A stretch of 64,000 nt of DNA from Clostridia bacterium (GCA_017520825.1 JAFXEX010000002.1:25584-89583), one strand, 5' to 3'; positions 26,209 to 36,753 are shown, counted from the stretch's first letter. The notes: generated by a model not told the origin, from the sequence alone. Numbers and translations are program-made.

Positions 26209-26742
26209 ATGGGAAATATATGGCATGATATATCACCAAAAAGGATTAACGCAAAGGACTTTATATGCGTAGTAGAGATATCCAAGGGCAGTAAAAAGAA
26301 ATATGAGCTTGACAAGGAAACGGGCTATCTTATGCTCGACAGAATTCTTTACACATCAACCCACTACCCTGCAAACTACGGTTTCATTCCCCGTACCCTC
26401 GGCGATGATAACGACCCTCTCGACGTGCTTCTGCTTTGCGCTGAGCCTCTTGAGCCTCTTACTCTGGTGCGTGCTTATCCTATCGGCGTTATATCTATGA
26501 TAGACAACGGCAGAAACGACGAAAAGATAATTGCTATTCCCTTTGAAGACCCTAACAACAATCAATACAGTAATATCGACCAGCTTCCCTCTCACGTTTT
26601 TGACGAAATGAAGCACTTCTTCCAGGTTTATAAAAACCTTGAAAAGAAGGAAACTGCCGTAAACGAGGTTCAGGACAGAGACGAGGCTATAAAGGTTATT
26701 GAAGCAGCAATAAATAACTACATAGAGAAATTCTGCAAATAG
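26209..26742 (+). CDS. ppa: Inorganic pyrophosphatase (family I)
   Basis: YPANYGFIP, DDNDPLDVLLL and DEKIIA motifs; ATG at 26209 after AAAAGGAGA. Confidence 0.9.
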   Translation: MGNIWHDISPKRINAKDFICVVEISKGSKKKYELDKETGYLMLDRILYTSTHYPANYGFIPRTLGDDNDPLDVLLLCAEPLEPLTLVRAYPIGVISMIDNGRNDEKIIAIPFEDPNNNQYSNIDQLPSHVFDEMKHFFQVYKNLEKKETAVNEVQDRDEAIKVIEAAINNYIEKFCK

Positions 26743-26767
26743 AGCCTTGAACCGTTTCGCAAAGCAA

Positions 26768-26796
26768 AAAGCTACCCGAAAAATTCGGGTAGCTTT
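26768..26796. terminator. Bidirectional terminator (ppa / rsmG)
   Basis: AAAGCTACCCGAA-aaa-TTCGGGTAGCTTT with T-runs on both sides. Confidence 0.65.
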
Positions 26797-26801
26797 GTTT
26801 T

Positions 26802-27578
26802 TTATAAAGGCTTCTTGGATATTCTGGAATACTGTCTGGGGTATGCATCGGGGGTGTGTGATACCTTTTCAATTACTATCATATACCTTTTTGCCTGCAC
26901 GAAGTCGCATATAGCATTTTTATCTTCGGGGCTATAATCAGCAGTATCAAGGCGAGAAAGGTCAAAATGGACTTCCTTTACGTACTTTACCTTACCACCC
27001 AACTGACCTATGGCACGTCGTGCCTCGTCAAGCTCCTCCTCTGCCGTTGCAGCTTTCATAGAAATGAAAACACCACCAACCTTAACGAAGGGCAGACAAA
27101 GCTCTGCCAGCACGTTTAGTCTTGCAAGTGCCCGTGCAGTAACCACGTCAAAAGCCTCTCGAAGTGCCCCGTTCTTTGAAGCAATTTCTTCAGCCCTTGC
27201 TGAAAGAGGATTCACCTTTACAAGTCCAAGCTTCTTTGCCGTAGCATCTACGTAGCGTATTTTCTTTTCTGTGGAATCAATCATAGTGATGTCGATGTCG
27301 TCACGCACTATTTTCACCGGTAGTCCAGGAAAGCCTCCTCCACAGCCGATATCTGCCATTTTAATATTCTCTTTTTTTATTTCGTCAATCTCTAAAACAG
27401 AAAGTGAGTCGGCGAAATGCTTGAGAGCTATTCCCACTGGGTCGGTAATAGAGGTTACGTTCACCTTGCGATTTTCTTCAACCAATATTTCGGCAAGTCG
27501 GTCAAAGGAATCAAGCTGTTCGTTGGTGAGCGCAGGTATTCCGTCGGTTGCCGACAGTATTTCTTTTATCTTTTCCAT
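26802..27578 (-). CDS. rsmG: 16S rRNA (guanine527-N7)-methyltransferase RsmG
   Basis: DIGCGGGFPGLP SAM motif; position downstream of mnmG. Confidence 0.9.
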   Translation of the reverse strand: MEKIKEILSATDGIPALTNEQLDSFDRLAEILVEENRKVNVTSITDPVGIALKHFADSLSVLEIDEIKKENIKMADIGCGGGFPGLPVKIVRDDIDITMIDSTEKKIRYVDATAKKLGLVKVNPLSARAEEIASKNGALREAFDVVTARALARLNVLAELCLPFVKVGGVFISMKAATAEEELDEARRAIGQLGGKVKYVKEVHFDLSRLDTADYSPEDKNAICDFVQAKRYMIVIEKVSHTPDAYPRQYSRISKKPL

Positions 27579-27585
27579 TTTACAC

Positions 27586-29466
27586 CTATTTCATATTGAA
27601 GTATATGAGGAGCACCGATATATCGGCAGGGCTTATGCCCGAAATTCGCGAAGCCTGTCCTATATTAAGAGGTCTGATTTTATTAAGCTTCTGAGACGCC
27701 TCTATACGGATACCCTTAATAGTGGTATAGTCTATATCCTGAGGAAGCTTTTTGTTTTCAAGTCTGTGAAAGGCTTCTATTTCAAGCTCCTGCTTTTTGA
27801 TATAGCCTCGGTATTTAATTTCAATTTCGGCGCGCTTGCAAATTTCCTCTGAAAGCTGAGGTCGGGTTTTATCAACCTCCGAAAGCACCGAATAGTTAAG
27901 CTCGGGACGGCGAACTAAATCACCCAGACGGATTCCCGTAGTTACCTCAGTAGAGCCATGGGCTTTAAGAAGCTCGGAAAGAGCAGAGCTTGGTGCAATA
28001 AAGGTACTTTCTGCACGCTCAACCTCTCTGTCGATAGCCTCAAACAAGGCTTTTTTCTTTTCGTAGCGCTCATCGTCAATGAGTCCTGCGTACCTGCCGT
28101 ACTCTATCAACCTTCGGTCTGCATTGTCCTGACGCAAAACCAGACGGTACTCACAGCGTGAGGTCATAATTCGGTAAGGCTCGTTTGTTCCCTTGACAAC
28201 CAGGTCGTCAATAAGCGTACCAATGTATGACGACGCTCTGCTGAGTATCATAGGCTCTCTGCCCTCTATCTTAAGGGCGGCGTTGATGCCTGCTACAAGC
28301 CCCTGAGCTGCTGCCTCCTCGTAGCCCGAGGTACCGTTAAACTGACCTGCGCCGTAAAGACCCGGAATGTCCTTGAATTCAAGGGTTGGAAGAAGCTGTG
28401 TAGGGTCAGCCAAATCGTATTCTATGGCATATGCAGTACGCATAACCTCTGCCCTCTCCAAGCCCTTGATTGAATGAATTATTTTCTGCTGTACGTCCTC
28501 GGGAAGTGACGAGCTGAGTCCCTGCACGTATACCTCGTCGGTTTCTCTGCCCATAGGCTCAAGGAAGAGCTGATGTCTTTCCTTGTCGGAGAAACGTACT
28601 ACCTTATCCTCTATACTTGGACAGTAACGGGGTCCTACGCCTCTGATGTTGCCCGAATAGAGAGGAGAACGGTCAAGATTGTCTTTGATTATATTGTGAG
28701 TTTCCTCGTTGGTATACACTGTATAACAGCAATACTGCTCACGGCTTTGGAATTCCTCTTTATCGGTGTGATAAGAGTAAAATGACGGCTTTTCGTCACC
28801 CTTTTGTATCTCGCACTTTTCGTAGTCAATGCTTCGTCTGTGAATTCTGGCTGGAGTTCCCGTTTTGAAACGAAGCATCTTCATTCCGAGCTTTTCAAGG
28901 GACTGGGTTAAAAACGAGGCAGGAAACATATTATCGGGTCCCGAAGGGAAAGCCGTATCTCCCACGATAACACGGGCGTTGAGGTAAGTGCCCGTTGACA
29001 CGATTACAGCCTTTGCGTGCCATACGGCGCCGTAGCGAGTAGTAACCTTCAAGCCACCGTCTTCCTTTTCCACCTCAACTATTTCGGCTTGTATAAGACG
29101 AAGTCCTTCGGTCTGCTCTATAGTTTTTTTCATAAGGGTCTGATATGCTCGACGGTCTGCCTGCATTCTCAACGAATGAACGGCAGGACCCTTACCGAGA
29201 TTAAGCATTCGGCTCTGCATACATACCTTATCTGCAGCTCTGCCCATTTCTCCACCGAGAGCGTCGATTTCATAAACAAGGTGTCCCTTGCCCGTTCCAC
29301 CTATAGACGGGTTGCAGGGCATATTGCCCACTGCATCGAGATTCAGAGTGAACAGTATGGTAGAATGTCCCATTCTTGCAGCAGCAAGAGCCGCTTCTAT
29401 TCCTGCATGGCCTGCGCCGATAACTATAACGTCGCAAGAGCCTGCTTCATATTTTACGTTTTCCAT
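27586..29466 (-). CDS. mnmG: tRNA uridine 5-carboxymethylaminomethyl modification enzyme MnmG (GidA)
   Basis: [17 protein letters not shown] motif; 626 aa, canonical. Confidence 0.95.
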   Translation of the reverse strand: MENVKYEAGSCDVIVIGAGHAGIEAALAAARMGHSTILFTLNLDAVGNMPCNPSIGGTGKGHLVYEIDALGGEMGRAADKVCMQSRMLNLGKGPAVHSLRMQADRRAYQTLMKKTIEQTEGLRLIQAEIVEVEKEDGGLKVTTRYGAVWHAKAVIVSTGTYLNARVIVGDTAFPSGPDNMFPASFLTQSLEKLGMKMLRFKTGTPARIHRRSIDYEKCEIQKGDEKPSFYSYHTDKEEFQSREQYCCYTVYTNEETHNIIKDNLDRSPLYSGNIRGVGPRYCPSIEDKVVRFSDKERHQLFLEPMGRETDEVYVQGLSSSLPEDVQQKIIHSIKGLERAEVMRTAYAIEYDLADPTQLLPTLEFKDIPGLYGAGQFNGTSGYEEAAAQGLVAGINAALKIEGREPMILSRASSYIGTLIDDLVVKGTNEPYRIMTSRCEYRLVLRQDNADRRLIEYGRYAGLIDDERYEKKKALFEAIDREVERAESTFIAPSSALSELLKAHGSTEVTTGIRLGDLVRRPELNYSVLSEVDKTRPQLSEEICKRAEIEIKYRGYIKKQELEIEAFHRLENKKLPQDIDYTTIKGIRIEASQKLNKIRPLNIGQASRISGISPADISVLLIYFNMK

Positions 29467-29474
29467 AATCTTTG

Positions 29475-30863
29475 TTACTTTCCTACGCAGAATTTAGAAA
29501 AAATTTCGTTTACTACCTTTTCGGCAACGGTTCTCGAATCAATTTCGCCAACCGTATTTACAGCGCCTTCAAGCTCTATGAGTGACATATCCTTCATTCC
29601 GGACGAAACGAGACCTTCTGCAGTGTTAAGAAATTCAATACACTTTTTAACCGATGCAAGCTGACGCACGTTGGTAAGCACAGCTCCCACCTCTACCTCA
29701 CTGTCGCAGGTAACGAAGCTTCTTACAATTTCTTTTTTCAGCTCTTCTATTCCGGCTCCGGTGTGTGAAGATATTCTGTATGCTTTTCCAAGTGTTTTTT
29801 CCACCTTATCGGTATCAAAAACTGCAGTCTTGTCACATTTTGTAAAAATGGGAATAACCGTCTTTTCCCCTATTACCTCGCTTAATGACTTAATAAGCGC
29901 TTCGTCGGATAAATCAAGCTCTCTTGAAATATCAAAAAGTGCTAAAATAAGCTCTGTTTCGGGTGAGGTAATTTTTTCCTTTGCAATGTCAATTCCCATT
30001 GCTTCTATAACGTCGTCGGTTTTATCTCTTATGCCTGCAGTGTCAAACAGTCTGAAGGCAATACCGTCTATTTCGGCAAGCTGCTCCAGAACGTCACGGG
30101 TAGTGCCTGGAATATCGGTAACTATCGCTTTTTTTGCCGACACCAAAGAATTAAAAAACGAAGATTTTCCTACGTTGGTTTTGCCTACGATAACGGTATT
30201 GACTCCGTGTGCTACGGCGTGGCCACTACGGTAGGTGTTAATAAGGCCCTGACACTCTTCCCTTACCCTGCAGATACGTTCCAAAAGCTCCGAGTCCTGC
30301 ATATCCTCCAAATCCTCTTCAGGATAATCAATGGAAGCGTACACAGAGGAAATAATGGAAATAAGGCTTGATGAAACGTACTCGGTTTTTTCTCTCAATG
30401 CGCCGTTTATGTGTCGGTTTGAAAGTCTGACTGCCCTTTCGGATTCGGCAGTGAGCATATTACCCACGGCTTCGGCTTCGGTAAGTCCTATTTTATTATT
30501 GATAAAGGCTCGGCGAGTAAACTCTCCCCCCTCTGCCATACGGGCGCCCTTTTCAAGCACTGCAGACAACACCATTGAGGTAACCGTAAAGCCCCCATGG
30601 CAGGAAAGCTCTACCATATCCTCTCCTGTGTAGCTGTTGGGAGCAAGATAATAGGTAAGAATACCACTGTCAATAGCAGATTTTTCGTCGTAAATATCTC
30701 CGTATATTGCAAATCTCGGAGAATACTCTGAAATATCCTTTCCACTTTTTGACCTGAAAAGCTTTTGGGCAAGGTCAACGGCTCCGTTGCCTGATATTCT
30801 TATTACTGCTATTCCACCAGTGCCTCTCGGCGTTGAAACGGCAGCTATAACGTCACTTAACAT
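29475..30863 (-). CDS. mnmE: tRNA modification GTPase MnmE (TrmE)
   Basis: [10 protein letters not shown]1, DTAG G3, C-terminal FCVGK. Confidence 0.95.
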   Translation of the reverse strand: MLSDVIAAVSTPRGTGGIAVIRISGNGAVDLAQKLFRSKSGKDISEYSPRFAIYGDIYDEKSAIDSGILTYYLAPNSYTGEDMVELSCHGGFTVTSMVLSAVLEKGARMAEGGEFTRRAFINNKIGLTEAEAVGNMLTAESERAVRLSNRHINGALREKTEYVSSSLISIISSVYASIDYPEEDLEDMQDSELLERICRVREECQGLINTYRSGHAVAHGVNTVIVGKTNVGKSSFFNSLVSAKKAIVTDIPGTTRDVLEQLAEIDGIAFRLFDTAGIRDKTDDVIEAMGIDIAKEKITSPETELILALFDISRELDLSDEALIKSLSEVIGEKTVIPIFTKCDKTAVFDTDKVEKTLGKAYRISSHTGAGIEELKKEIVRSFVTCDSEVEVGAVLTNVRQLASVKKCIEFLNTAEGLVSSGMKDMSLIELEGAVNTVGEIDSRTVAEKVVNEIFSKFCVGK

Positions 30864-30877
30864 ATTTTCCTCACAAA

Positions 30878-30914
30878 AAGGGTAAATTCAGGGCAAGTGC
30901 CTGAATTTACCCTT
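30878..30914 (-). terminator. Intrinsic terminator after jag
   Basis: AAGGGTAAATTCAGG-gcaagtg-CCTGAATTTACCCTT, followed on the minus strand by TTTTTGTG. Confidence 0.65.
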
Positions 30915-30920
30915 ATTCAA

Positions 30921-31745
30921 TCAATAAATGTCGCTATCGTCGGGGTCTGCAAGATTAAGCTCTTCTATGCTCTTTGCCTTGACAACAGGCTGCTTGGAAA
31001 CGCCTGAGCCTGCATAAGTCAGAGGAATGTCGGGGTCAAGCTCGAAGCGCTTTTCTTCCTTTGCCTCAACGGGCTTTTCTGCCTTCTGACTGTGGCGATT
31101 TCTTGAAGGTCTCTCCTTTTGATTTTCGGGAGAAACGACTACCTTTCTCTGATCACCGGAGCCTACCGAGAAGGTGGTAACGCCTTCAATGTTCTGCACC
31201 TCCGAATGAATAGCACGACGCTCGTAGGCGCTCATGGGCTCAAGTGTTATATTTCTGCCCTGTCTCTTTGCACGGGCAGCAGTCTTTTGTGCAAGCTTGC
31301 GAAGTGCTTCCTCACGCTTTGCACGGTAGTTCTCAACGTCTACAATGTATCTTCTGTATCCGTCCACACCCTTGTTTGCTGCAAGGTTGGTAAGATATTG
31401 AAGAGATTCGAGAATTTCTCCGTGGTGTCCGATAATAAGTCCCATATCGTCACCCGTTACGCTGATAGTAACCTCCTTGTTAGAGGTTTCTGACATTTCA
31501 ATGTTTACGTTGGTAAATTCCAGGTCGGCAAGCACTGTTTTTACAAAGCTCAGAGCAAGCTCGTCGGGAGTTTCTTCAACTGTAACGTTGATAACGGCAT
31601 CCTGCGCACCTATACCGAAAAGTCCTTTTTTCGCTTCTGAAACTACTTCATACTTCAGATCAGCCTTTTCAATACCGGTTTCAGCCGTTGCTTTTTCAAG
31701 TGCATCTTCTACTGTTTTAGCACTTACGGTTATGATCTTTGACAA
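30921..31745 (-). CDS. jag: Jag/KhpB RNA-binding protein (Jag_N, KH, R3H) with a ~70-aa C-terminal extension
   Basis: KH/R3H region (LEPMSAYERRAIHSEV); TTG start 8 nt after AGGAGG. Confidence 0.85.
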   Translation of the reverse strand: MSKIITVSAKTVEDALEKATAETGIEKADLKYEVVSEAKKGLFGIGAQDAVINVTVEETPDELALSFVKTVLADLEFTNVNIEMSETSNKEVTISVTGDDMGLIIGHHGEILESLQYLTNLAANKGVDGYRRYIVDVENYRAKREEALRKLAQKTAARAKRQGRNITLEPMSAYERRAIHSEVQNIEGVTTFSVGSGDQRKVVVSPENQKERPSRNRHSQKAEKPVEAKEEKRFELDPDIPLTYAGSGVSKQPVVKAKSIEELNLADPDDSDIY

Positions 31746-31781
31746 TGAAATTTCCTCCTGTGATATTTATATTACGTCCAA

Positions 31782-32888
31782 TCATTTAAGAGGAGCTTTG
31801 GGGATAATAGAGTCTCCGTCGGGCTCTTCGTCACTGTCGGACACGATACTCTTGTTTTGTGTTTCGGGCAATATCTCTTCCTCGTCGTCATCGTCGAAGA
31901 TGAGTGATTTTCTGCCCTGATTTTCAGAAGCCTTGTAGGGCTTTGCCTTGTTCTGTGCGGCATATGCCTTCTCTGCTTCCTTCAATTCCTTTTCAGTCAT
32001 TACGGGAATGGGATACAAACGGCTGAGAAGGAGCTGCTGAATAAACGAAAGGATACTGCGATAGGTCCAATAAAGACCCATTACGGCAGGCCAACGGAAT
32101 GCAAGATATGCCGAGAAAAGAGGCATCATAATATTCATAAGCTTCATGCTTGATTCTGCTTCTGCAGCCTGTTGTGTCTGATAGGTAAATTTACGGGTAA
32201 GCTTCTGACCGAAATACGCTGAAAGGAAGGTTATGACGGGGATAATCAAAAGCTGATAAGTGCCGTCAAACGCTGCCCAGGGTGTCATAGAAAGGTCAAG
32301 GAAGCTTCCGAACATTGAGAAATTGGGGATAACGTACTCTGCAACAGAGGGGATTGCCGCCTTTACAGCGTCAAAGTTTGCAATAACTTCTCTGATAAGG
32401 GGTATTTCAAACTGTGAAAGCTGCTTTACGCCCATTGAAGCATACTGATCTGCAAAGCTTGACGAAATGCCTTCTACAACCGTCTTTATCTCCATAATGA
32501 AGCTCTCGTCCATACCCGAAACGTATGAAAGAGGTCTTTGGATAACGTAGAAAAGGGCAATGAGGATGGGAAATTGGATAAGGAGAGGAAGACAGCCTGA
32601 AAGAGGGCTGAAGTTTTCCTCCTGATACAGCTTCTGTATCTCCTCGTTCATCTTCATCTGTGTTTCACGGTCGGTCCTGCCGGCATATTTCTTACGGATA
32701 ACAGATTCCTTGGGACGAAGCTTTGCCTGCTTCTGAGAATTCTTCTGCTGCTTTATTCCAAAGGGAAAAAGTATTATCTGAACGATAAGTGAAAATGCAA
32801 GAAGCGCTATTGCATAGCCTCCGAAATTTTCAAAGAGGTCATAGCACCATTTCATAAGGAAGCCAAAGGCTTTATAGATATAACTCAA
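31782..32888 (-). CDS. yidC: Membrane protein insertase YidC/Oxa1 family, with an acidic C-terminal tail
   Basis: Conserved GCLPLLIQFPILIALF and MNIMMPLF blocks; TTG start after AAAGGAG. Confidence 0.9.
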   Translation of the reverse strand: MSYIYKAFGFLMKWCYDLFENFGGYAIALLAFSLIVQIILFPFGIKQQKNSQKQAKLRPKESVIRKKYAGRTDRETQMKMNEEIQKLYQEENFSPLSGCLPLLIQFPILIALFYVIQRPLSYVSGMDESFIMEIKTVVEGISSSFADQYASMGVKQLSQFEIPLIREVIANFDAVKAAIPSVAEYVIPNFSMFGSFLDLSMTPWAAFDGTYQLLIIPVITFLSAYFGQKLTRKFTYQTQQAAEAESSMKLMNIMMPLFSAYLAFRWPAVMGLYWTYRSILSFIQQLLLSRLYPIPVMTEKELKEAEKAYAAQNKAKPYKASENQGRKSLIFDDDDEEEILPETQNKSIVSDSDEEPDGDSIIPKAPLK

Positions 32889-32910
32889 TTTTTTGCTCCT
32901 TTAAATTTAA

Positions 32911-33120
32911 TTACGGTACGGGGTCGTGCCCACCCTTACAAAAGGGATTGCACCTTAAAATTCGCCACACAGCGAGAAAGAGTCCTTTAATTGCCCCGTG
33001 CTTCTGAAAGGCTTGAATAGCATACTCCGAGCAGGTCGGGGTAAATCGGCAGCAAGGGGGGAAAAGTGGCGAAATAAATTTTCGGTAAAGCTTTATCAAA
33101 AAAATAAATACGTGCTTCAT
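32911..33120 (-). CDS. yidD: Membrane protein insertion efficiency factor YidD
   Basis: [27 protein letters not shown] is the hallmark; 69 aa. Confidence 0.9.
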   Translation of the reverse strand: MKHVFIFLIKLYRKFISPLFPPCCRFTPTCSEYAIQAFQKHGAIKGLFLAVWRILRCNPFCKGGHDPVP

Positions 33121-33479
33121 TTTGTATTACCAAGTATTCCAAGCTCTACCAACGCCCGTTTCATATCATTGTAAACGTTCTGCATACGGATATTTTTGGA
33201 GAAGCATTTAGTTCTCGCAACGAATACGAAATAATAAGGCATATCGTTTATCCCCGTTCCTTCAAGTACAAGGGTGCGATAAGCCTCACGGATAATTCTG
33301 CGTACCCGATTGCGTTCTACTGCACCACCCTGCTTTTTGCTCGCAGTAATTCCGATATGCGCTTTTTTCAGATTGGGATTACGTCTGACGTAAACCACCA
33401 CCGTACCTTGAGGCGAGCTCTTTGAACGGTACATTCTGGTAAAGGTGGAATTGCTTTTGATAGTAAAAATCTTTTCCAT
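33117..33479 (-). CDS. rnpA: Ribonuclease P protein component
   Basis: Basic 120-aa protein ([26 protein letters not shown]) between rpmH and yidD. Start at ATG 33479, or TTG 33488 as in the track. Confidence 0.85.
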   Translation of the reverse strand: MEKIFTIKSNSTFTRMYRSKSSPQGTVVVYVRRNPNLKKAHIGITASKKQGGAVERNRVRRIIREAYRTLVLEGTGINDMPYYFVFVARTKCFSKNIRMQNVYNDMKRALVELGILGNTK

Positions 33480-33607
33480 AATATTCAAGTCCCTACAAAA
33501 AAGGAAACCCCCGAACTGAGCCAGTCCGCATACTAAAATAATATATGGGATAGGTCATCCACGGCGGTTTATCAAATTACACTACTGTGCATCCTTTTTT
33601 ACAAAGC

Positions 33608-33742
33608 TTAATATGTGAGACGTGCTCTTCCTTTTGCTCTGCGTCTTTTGAGAACCTTTCTTCCGTTAGCAGTCTTCATTCTCTTACGGAATCCATGCTC
33701 CATCTTTCTCTGTCTCTTCTTAGGCTGGTATGTTCTTTTCAT
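33608..33742 (-). CDS. rpmH: 50S ribosomal protein L34 (44 aa; below the ORF-track cutoff)
   Basis: Hand translation: [44 protein letters not shown]; GGAGGTG RBS. Confidence 0.95.
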   Translation of the reverse strand: MKRTYQPKKRQRKMEHGFRKRMKTANGRKVLKRRRAKGRARLTY

Positions 33743-33808
33743 ATCTGCACCTCCTTTATAGCAATCACGGCAGGTAATCCTGCTCTGTCAATTTTTTCGT
33801 CGCATACC

Positions 33809-33837
33809 ATTATACAGATATTTGACCGAAATGTCAA
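33809..33837 (-). promoter_or_regulatory. Consensus promoter of the rpmH-rnpA operon
   Basis: Minus strand: TTGACA, 17 nt, TATAAT. Confidence 0.55.
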
Positions 33838-33872
33838 TAGTTTTTTTATTTTTTCTTTGCTTTTTCAAAGAA

Positions 33873-33898
33873 AGTGGCACTGAAAATTCAGTGCCACT
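33873..33898 (-). terminator. Hairpin terminator after the 664-aa lipoprotein gene
   Basis: AGTGGCACTGAA/TTCAGTGCCACT stem starting 12 nt after the stop. The U-tract on the minus strand is modest (TTCTTTG). Confidence 0.5.
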
Positions 33899-33909
33899 GA
33901 ACTTTTTAG

Positions 33910-35904
33910 TTATTCTTCAACGGGACTCGTCTCTGTTGCCTCGTCGGTTACCTCTGCTTCTGCTTCAGTGTTTTCTCCTTCAGGAAGGATTTCTCCCTCT
34001 GTGGGAAGCTCGGTTGTCTCTCCTTCAACTGCCTCTTCTGCCGCGAGAAGCTCTTCTCTTCTCTTCTTCTCTTCTTTGGTAATGATTGAGTTATCAATAA
34101 CTACCGCAGTTGTGGGACGGGATGCCGCGAAGGTTGAGAATCCGGAATCAAGACCACCCTGAAGTCTTACGTAGGGCTCTTCGTAATCCTCTCCGTCCTT
34201 GGAATCGGGATATACGCCGAGAACGTCTTCGTTTTTACCTAACTTTACAAGTATTTCTTCAAATACGTCGTCAATATCAATAGTGCCGTTTCCGTTTTCG
34301 TCTGCAGTATTGGAAACGTCGTAGCCATTCATAAGACCGTCGATGTATTCGGCTACAACCTTGTTGATTTCCTCAAAGGCTGCAATGTCTTCATCCTCAA
34401 GAGTATGAATATATCCTGTGAACGCACTTGCTTTGATTGTCTTATTCTTTTCAATAGCATCAGCCTGATAGGTTGCGCCAAGCTCTTCGGGAACGTAACC
34501 GATAAGTGAGTTTCCGTAGGTTTCAAAGCCCATATTGTAATCGTTTGTAAGCTTTGTAATAGTTTCGCCGTCGTTGTTTACCTCGTAGTGTACGTTTTCA
34601 ACACCGAAGGTAATAAGGTTACGAAGCTTTTCATCTGTACAAAGTCCACAAATTACCTCTACTGCACGGGCAGGATATTTACATGATGAGCTTACAACCA
34701 TAGTTGAACCGAAGAGGTCGTCTGTGACAACTCTGGGGTATGCAAAGGTTGCATATGTATACTGTTCAGCCTTGTCTCCAAGCTGTGCCTTAACCTCGTC
34801 AAGAGAGCCCTTGAACACGCCTACTGCAAAGTCGGTTGTTTTGGGGTCTGCGCCTTCAGGTCCGAAGTAGCCTGCCTGACGGTATTTGAACATCTTTCTG
34901 AAGTGGAAGAATGCAACGGGAACATCCATTTCGTTAAGCTCGTTGTTACCACGAAGAATGGGCTGTATGTTGGTGGAGGTTGTAGCTGCTCCTTCAACGT
35001 TTTTAGCTCCGTAAGCAGGATACTCTTCCATATTGTCCATATAGAAATCAAAGTTCTGGATAACAGCCGGTGGTGCAAGGAAAGGAACTACGCCTCTTTC
35101 GTTTGCCTTAATGCTTTCAAGCCAAGCATCTATAGGTGCAAGGTTAAGAGCAGGAAGCTCTGTTACCTCATAACCGTATTTTTCAACAAGGTCTGTTCTG
35201 AATGCGTAATAATAACCCGTCTTACCTGCGCCCATAAGTCTGTTTGCAGGAACGCCGTAATATGAGCCTTGAATCTTTGCAACGCTGAGAATGGTGGGGT
35301 TAACAAACTTCGTAATGAGGCCGTACGTACCCGTTACAGAGCTTGATATATCGGCAAGAAGCTCGCGCTCAACAAGGTCCTGATAGTACTGATAATCGTC
35401 AACAAGGAAAATGTCAAGCTGAACGTCGTCAGACATTTCGATATCAATCTCGCCTGTTTCACCCTGGCTTTCAGCCCACTTTTCATATTCTCTCTGAGCT
35501 CTCTTCTTTTCCTTCTGCTCCTCGAGAGAAAGCTGCTTTGCCGCTTCTCTTGCAGCCTTAGCTGCAGCAGTAGCCGCCTTTTCGGCAAGCTCGTTACGCT
35601 CTATCTGCTCCTGAGTCTTTACAAAAGCGTCCTCAATAACCTCATCATATTCCTCTTCTGTGAACATATGAAGCTCAATTGTGGTCTTATATTTATCTTC
35701 TGTATATCTGTTTACCTGCGCTTCTACAAGGTCAATCGCCTCGTCTGTCGTTCCCTCACCCTTGATACCGTAAATGGTAAGGGTAATTTCGGGAATTGTA
35801 CTTGTCTCTTCCTCATAACCTGTATCAATGTCAGAGCACGAAGTCAAAAAAGCTGACATGAACATTGAGACAAGAAGCAACAAGCTTACTATCTTTCTTT
35901 TCAT
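33910..35904 (-). CDS. Orphan large extracellular solute-binding lipoprotein (LplA-like family-1 SBP) with a coiled-coil insertion and an acidic C-terminal tail
   Basis: Signal peptide with lipobox (FLTSC); SBP-like blocks; a charged helical insert (ERNELAEKAATAAAKAAREAAKQLSLEEQKEKKRAQREYEKW). Own promoter and terminator, with no adjacent permeases. Confidence 0.65.
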   Translation of the reverse strand: MKRKIVSLLLLVSMFMSAFLTSCSDIDTGYEEETSTIPEITLTIYGIKGEGTTDEAIDLVEAQVNRYTEDKYKTTIELHMFTEEEYDEVIEDAFVKTQEQIERNELAEKAATAAAKAAREAAKQLSLEEQKEKKRAQREYEKWAESQGETGEIDIEMSDDVQLDIFLVDDYQYYQDLVERELLADISSSVTGTYGLITKFVNPTILSVAKIQGSYYGVPANRLMGAGKTGYYYAFRTDLVEKYGYEVTELPALNLAPIDAWLESIKANERGVVPFLAPPAVIQNFDFYMDNMEEYPAYGAKNVEGAATTSTNIQPILRGNNELNEMDVPVAFFHFRKMFKYRQAGYFGPEGADPKTTDFAVGVFKGSLDEVKAQLGDKAEQYTYATFAYPRVVTDDLFGSTMVVSSSCKYPARAVEVICGLCTDEKLRNLITFGVENVHYEVNNDGETITKLTNDYNMGFETYGNSLIGYVPEELGATYQADAIEKNKTIKASAFTGYIHTLEDEDIAAFEEINKVVAEYIDGLMNGYDVSNTADENGNGTIDIDDVFEEILVKLGKNEDVLGVYPDSKDGEDYEEPYVRLQGGLDSGFSTFAASRPTTAVVIDNSIITKEEKKRREELLAAEEAVEGETTELPTEGEILPEGENTEAEAEVTDEATETSPVEE

Positions 35905-35959
35905 TGAAAAACCTCCTTATGCAAATACAAAGCATAGTTACTTTATCATAAACAAAATT

Positions 35960-35988
35960 ATTTTACACTATTGTGCCAATTATGTCAA
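35960..35988 (-). promoter_or_regulatory. Promoter of the orphan SBP gene
   Basis: Minus strand: TTGACA, 17 nt, TAAAAT. Confidence 0.45.
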
Positions 35989-36048
35989 GTAAGAAAATAC
36001 CCAATTAAACGGTTAATATTTTATAGAATATCACCATTATTGCAATAT

Positions 36049-36744
36049 TTACAATCCCTTAATAATTTCACGTATGGTTTCTCCTGCCTGAACGGCTGCA
36101 AGCGACGAAAAGCTATCGTAGCTCATTCCTGCATTGCCGTCGGCGAAATCCGAAATACTTCTTATCACAAGGAAAGAGGATATGCCGTTAAGAATGCAGG
36201 TCTGCGAAATAGCCGCACCCTCCATTTCCACGCAAGAGCCGTTTAGCTCCTCTCTCAGCCGTCGGCTCAGCTCGTCACTTTCAACGAAGCAGTCACCACT
36301 GAGAATTCTGCCCTTTACGAAGCCCTTGATTTTGCCCTCAGCCTTCATTTTTTCGCAGGCTTTCTGAGCAAGAGATACAAGGCGCTTATCGCAGGCAAAA
36401 ACCGAAGTGCCAAGATTCTTCTCCTCTTCCAGCAATGAAAGGGGCGAAAAGTCGTGATACATCGTATCCTCTCCGATAACCATATCCAAAACGGACAGGC
36501 TTTTGTCAAGTCCACCTGCAACTCCTACGTTTATGATGCAGTCGGGAGAATACGTATGAATTATTCTCTGTGTGGATACGGCACTGTTAACCTTGCCGAT
36601 TCCCGACACACAGGCTATAATTTCCTTTCCTTCAAAGGACGCTTTGTAAATCTGATATTTCTCATCTACGAGAACAGCGCCGAAGTTATCTCTTATATAG
36701 GCGATTTCCTTATCCATCGCACAAATTATGCCAACTGTTTTCAT
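36049..36744 (-). CDS. mtnN: 5'-methylthioadenosine/S-adenosylhomocysteine nucleosidase
   Basis: IGIICAMDKE, GIGKVNSA and CVEMEGAAI motifs; ATG at 36744 (track GTG at 36750). Confidence 0.85.
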   Translation of the reverse strand: MKTVGIICAMDKEIAYIRDNFGAVLVDEKYQIYKASFEGKEIIACVSGIGKVNSAVSTQRIIHTYSPDCIINVGVAGGLDKSLSVLDMVIGEDTMYHDFSPLSLLEEEKNLGTSVFACDKRLVSLAQKACEKMKAEGKIKGFVKGRILSGDCFVESDELSRRLREELNGSCVEMEGAAISQTCILNGISSFLVIRSISDFADGNAGMSYDSFSSLAAVQAGETIREIIKGL

Positions 36745-36753
36745 ACGCACCTC

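Noticed and set aside
29017-30234. 215-aa and 187-aa plus-strand ORFs
   Set aside because: They lie antisense to mnmG and mnmE. Their Ser/Thr/Ala-rich composition is typical of reverse-frame translation, and they have no start context.
33743-33909. Possible oriC next to rpmH
   Set aside because: The spacer is only 167 bp and is fully accounted for by a promoter and a terminator. It has no DnaA boxes, no AT-rich unwinding element and no dnaA gene.
33587-34082. 98-aa and 86-aa plus-strand ORFs
   Set aside because: They lie antisense to rpmH and its promoter, and to the 3' end of the SBP gene.
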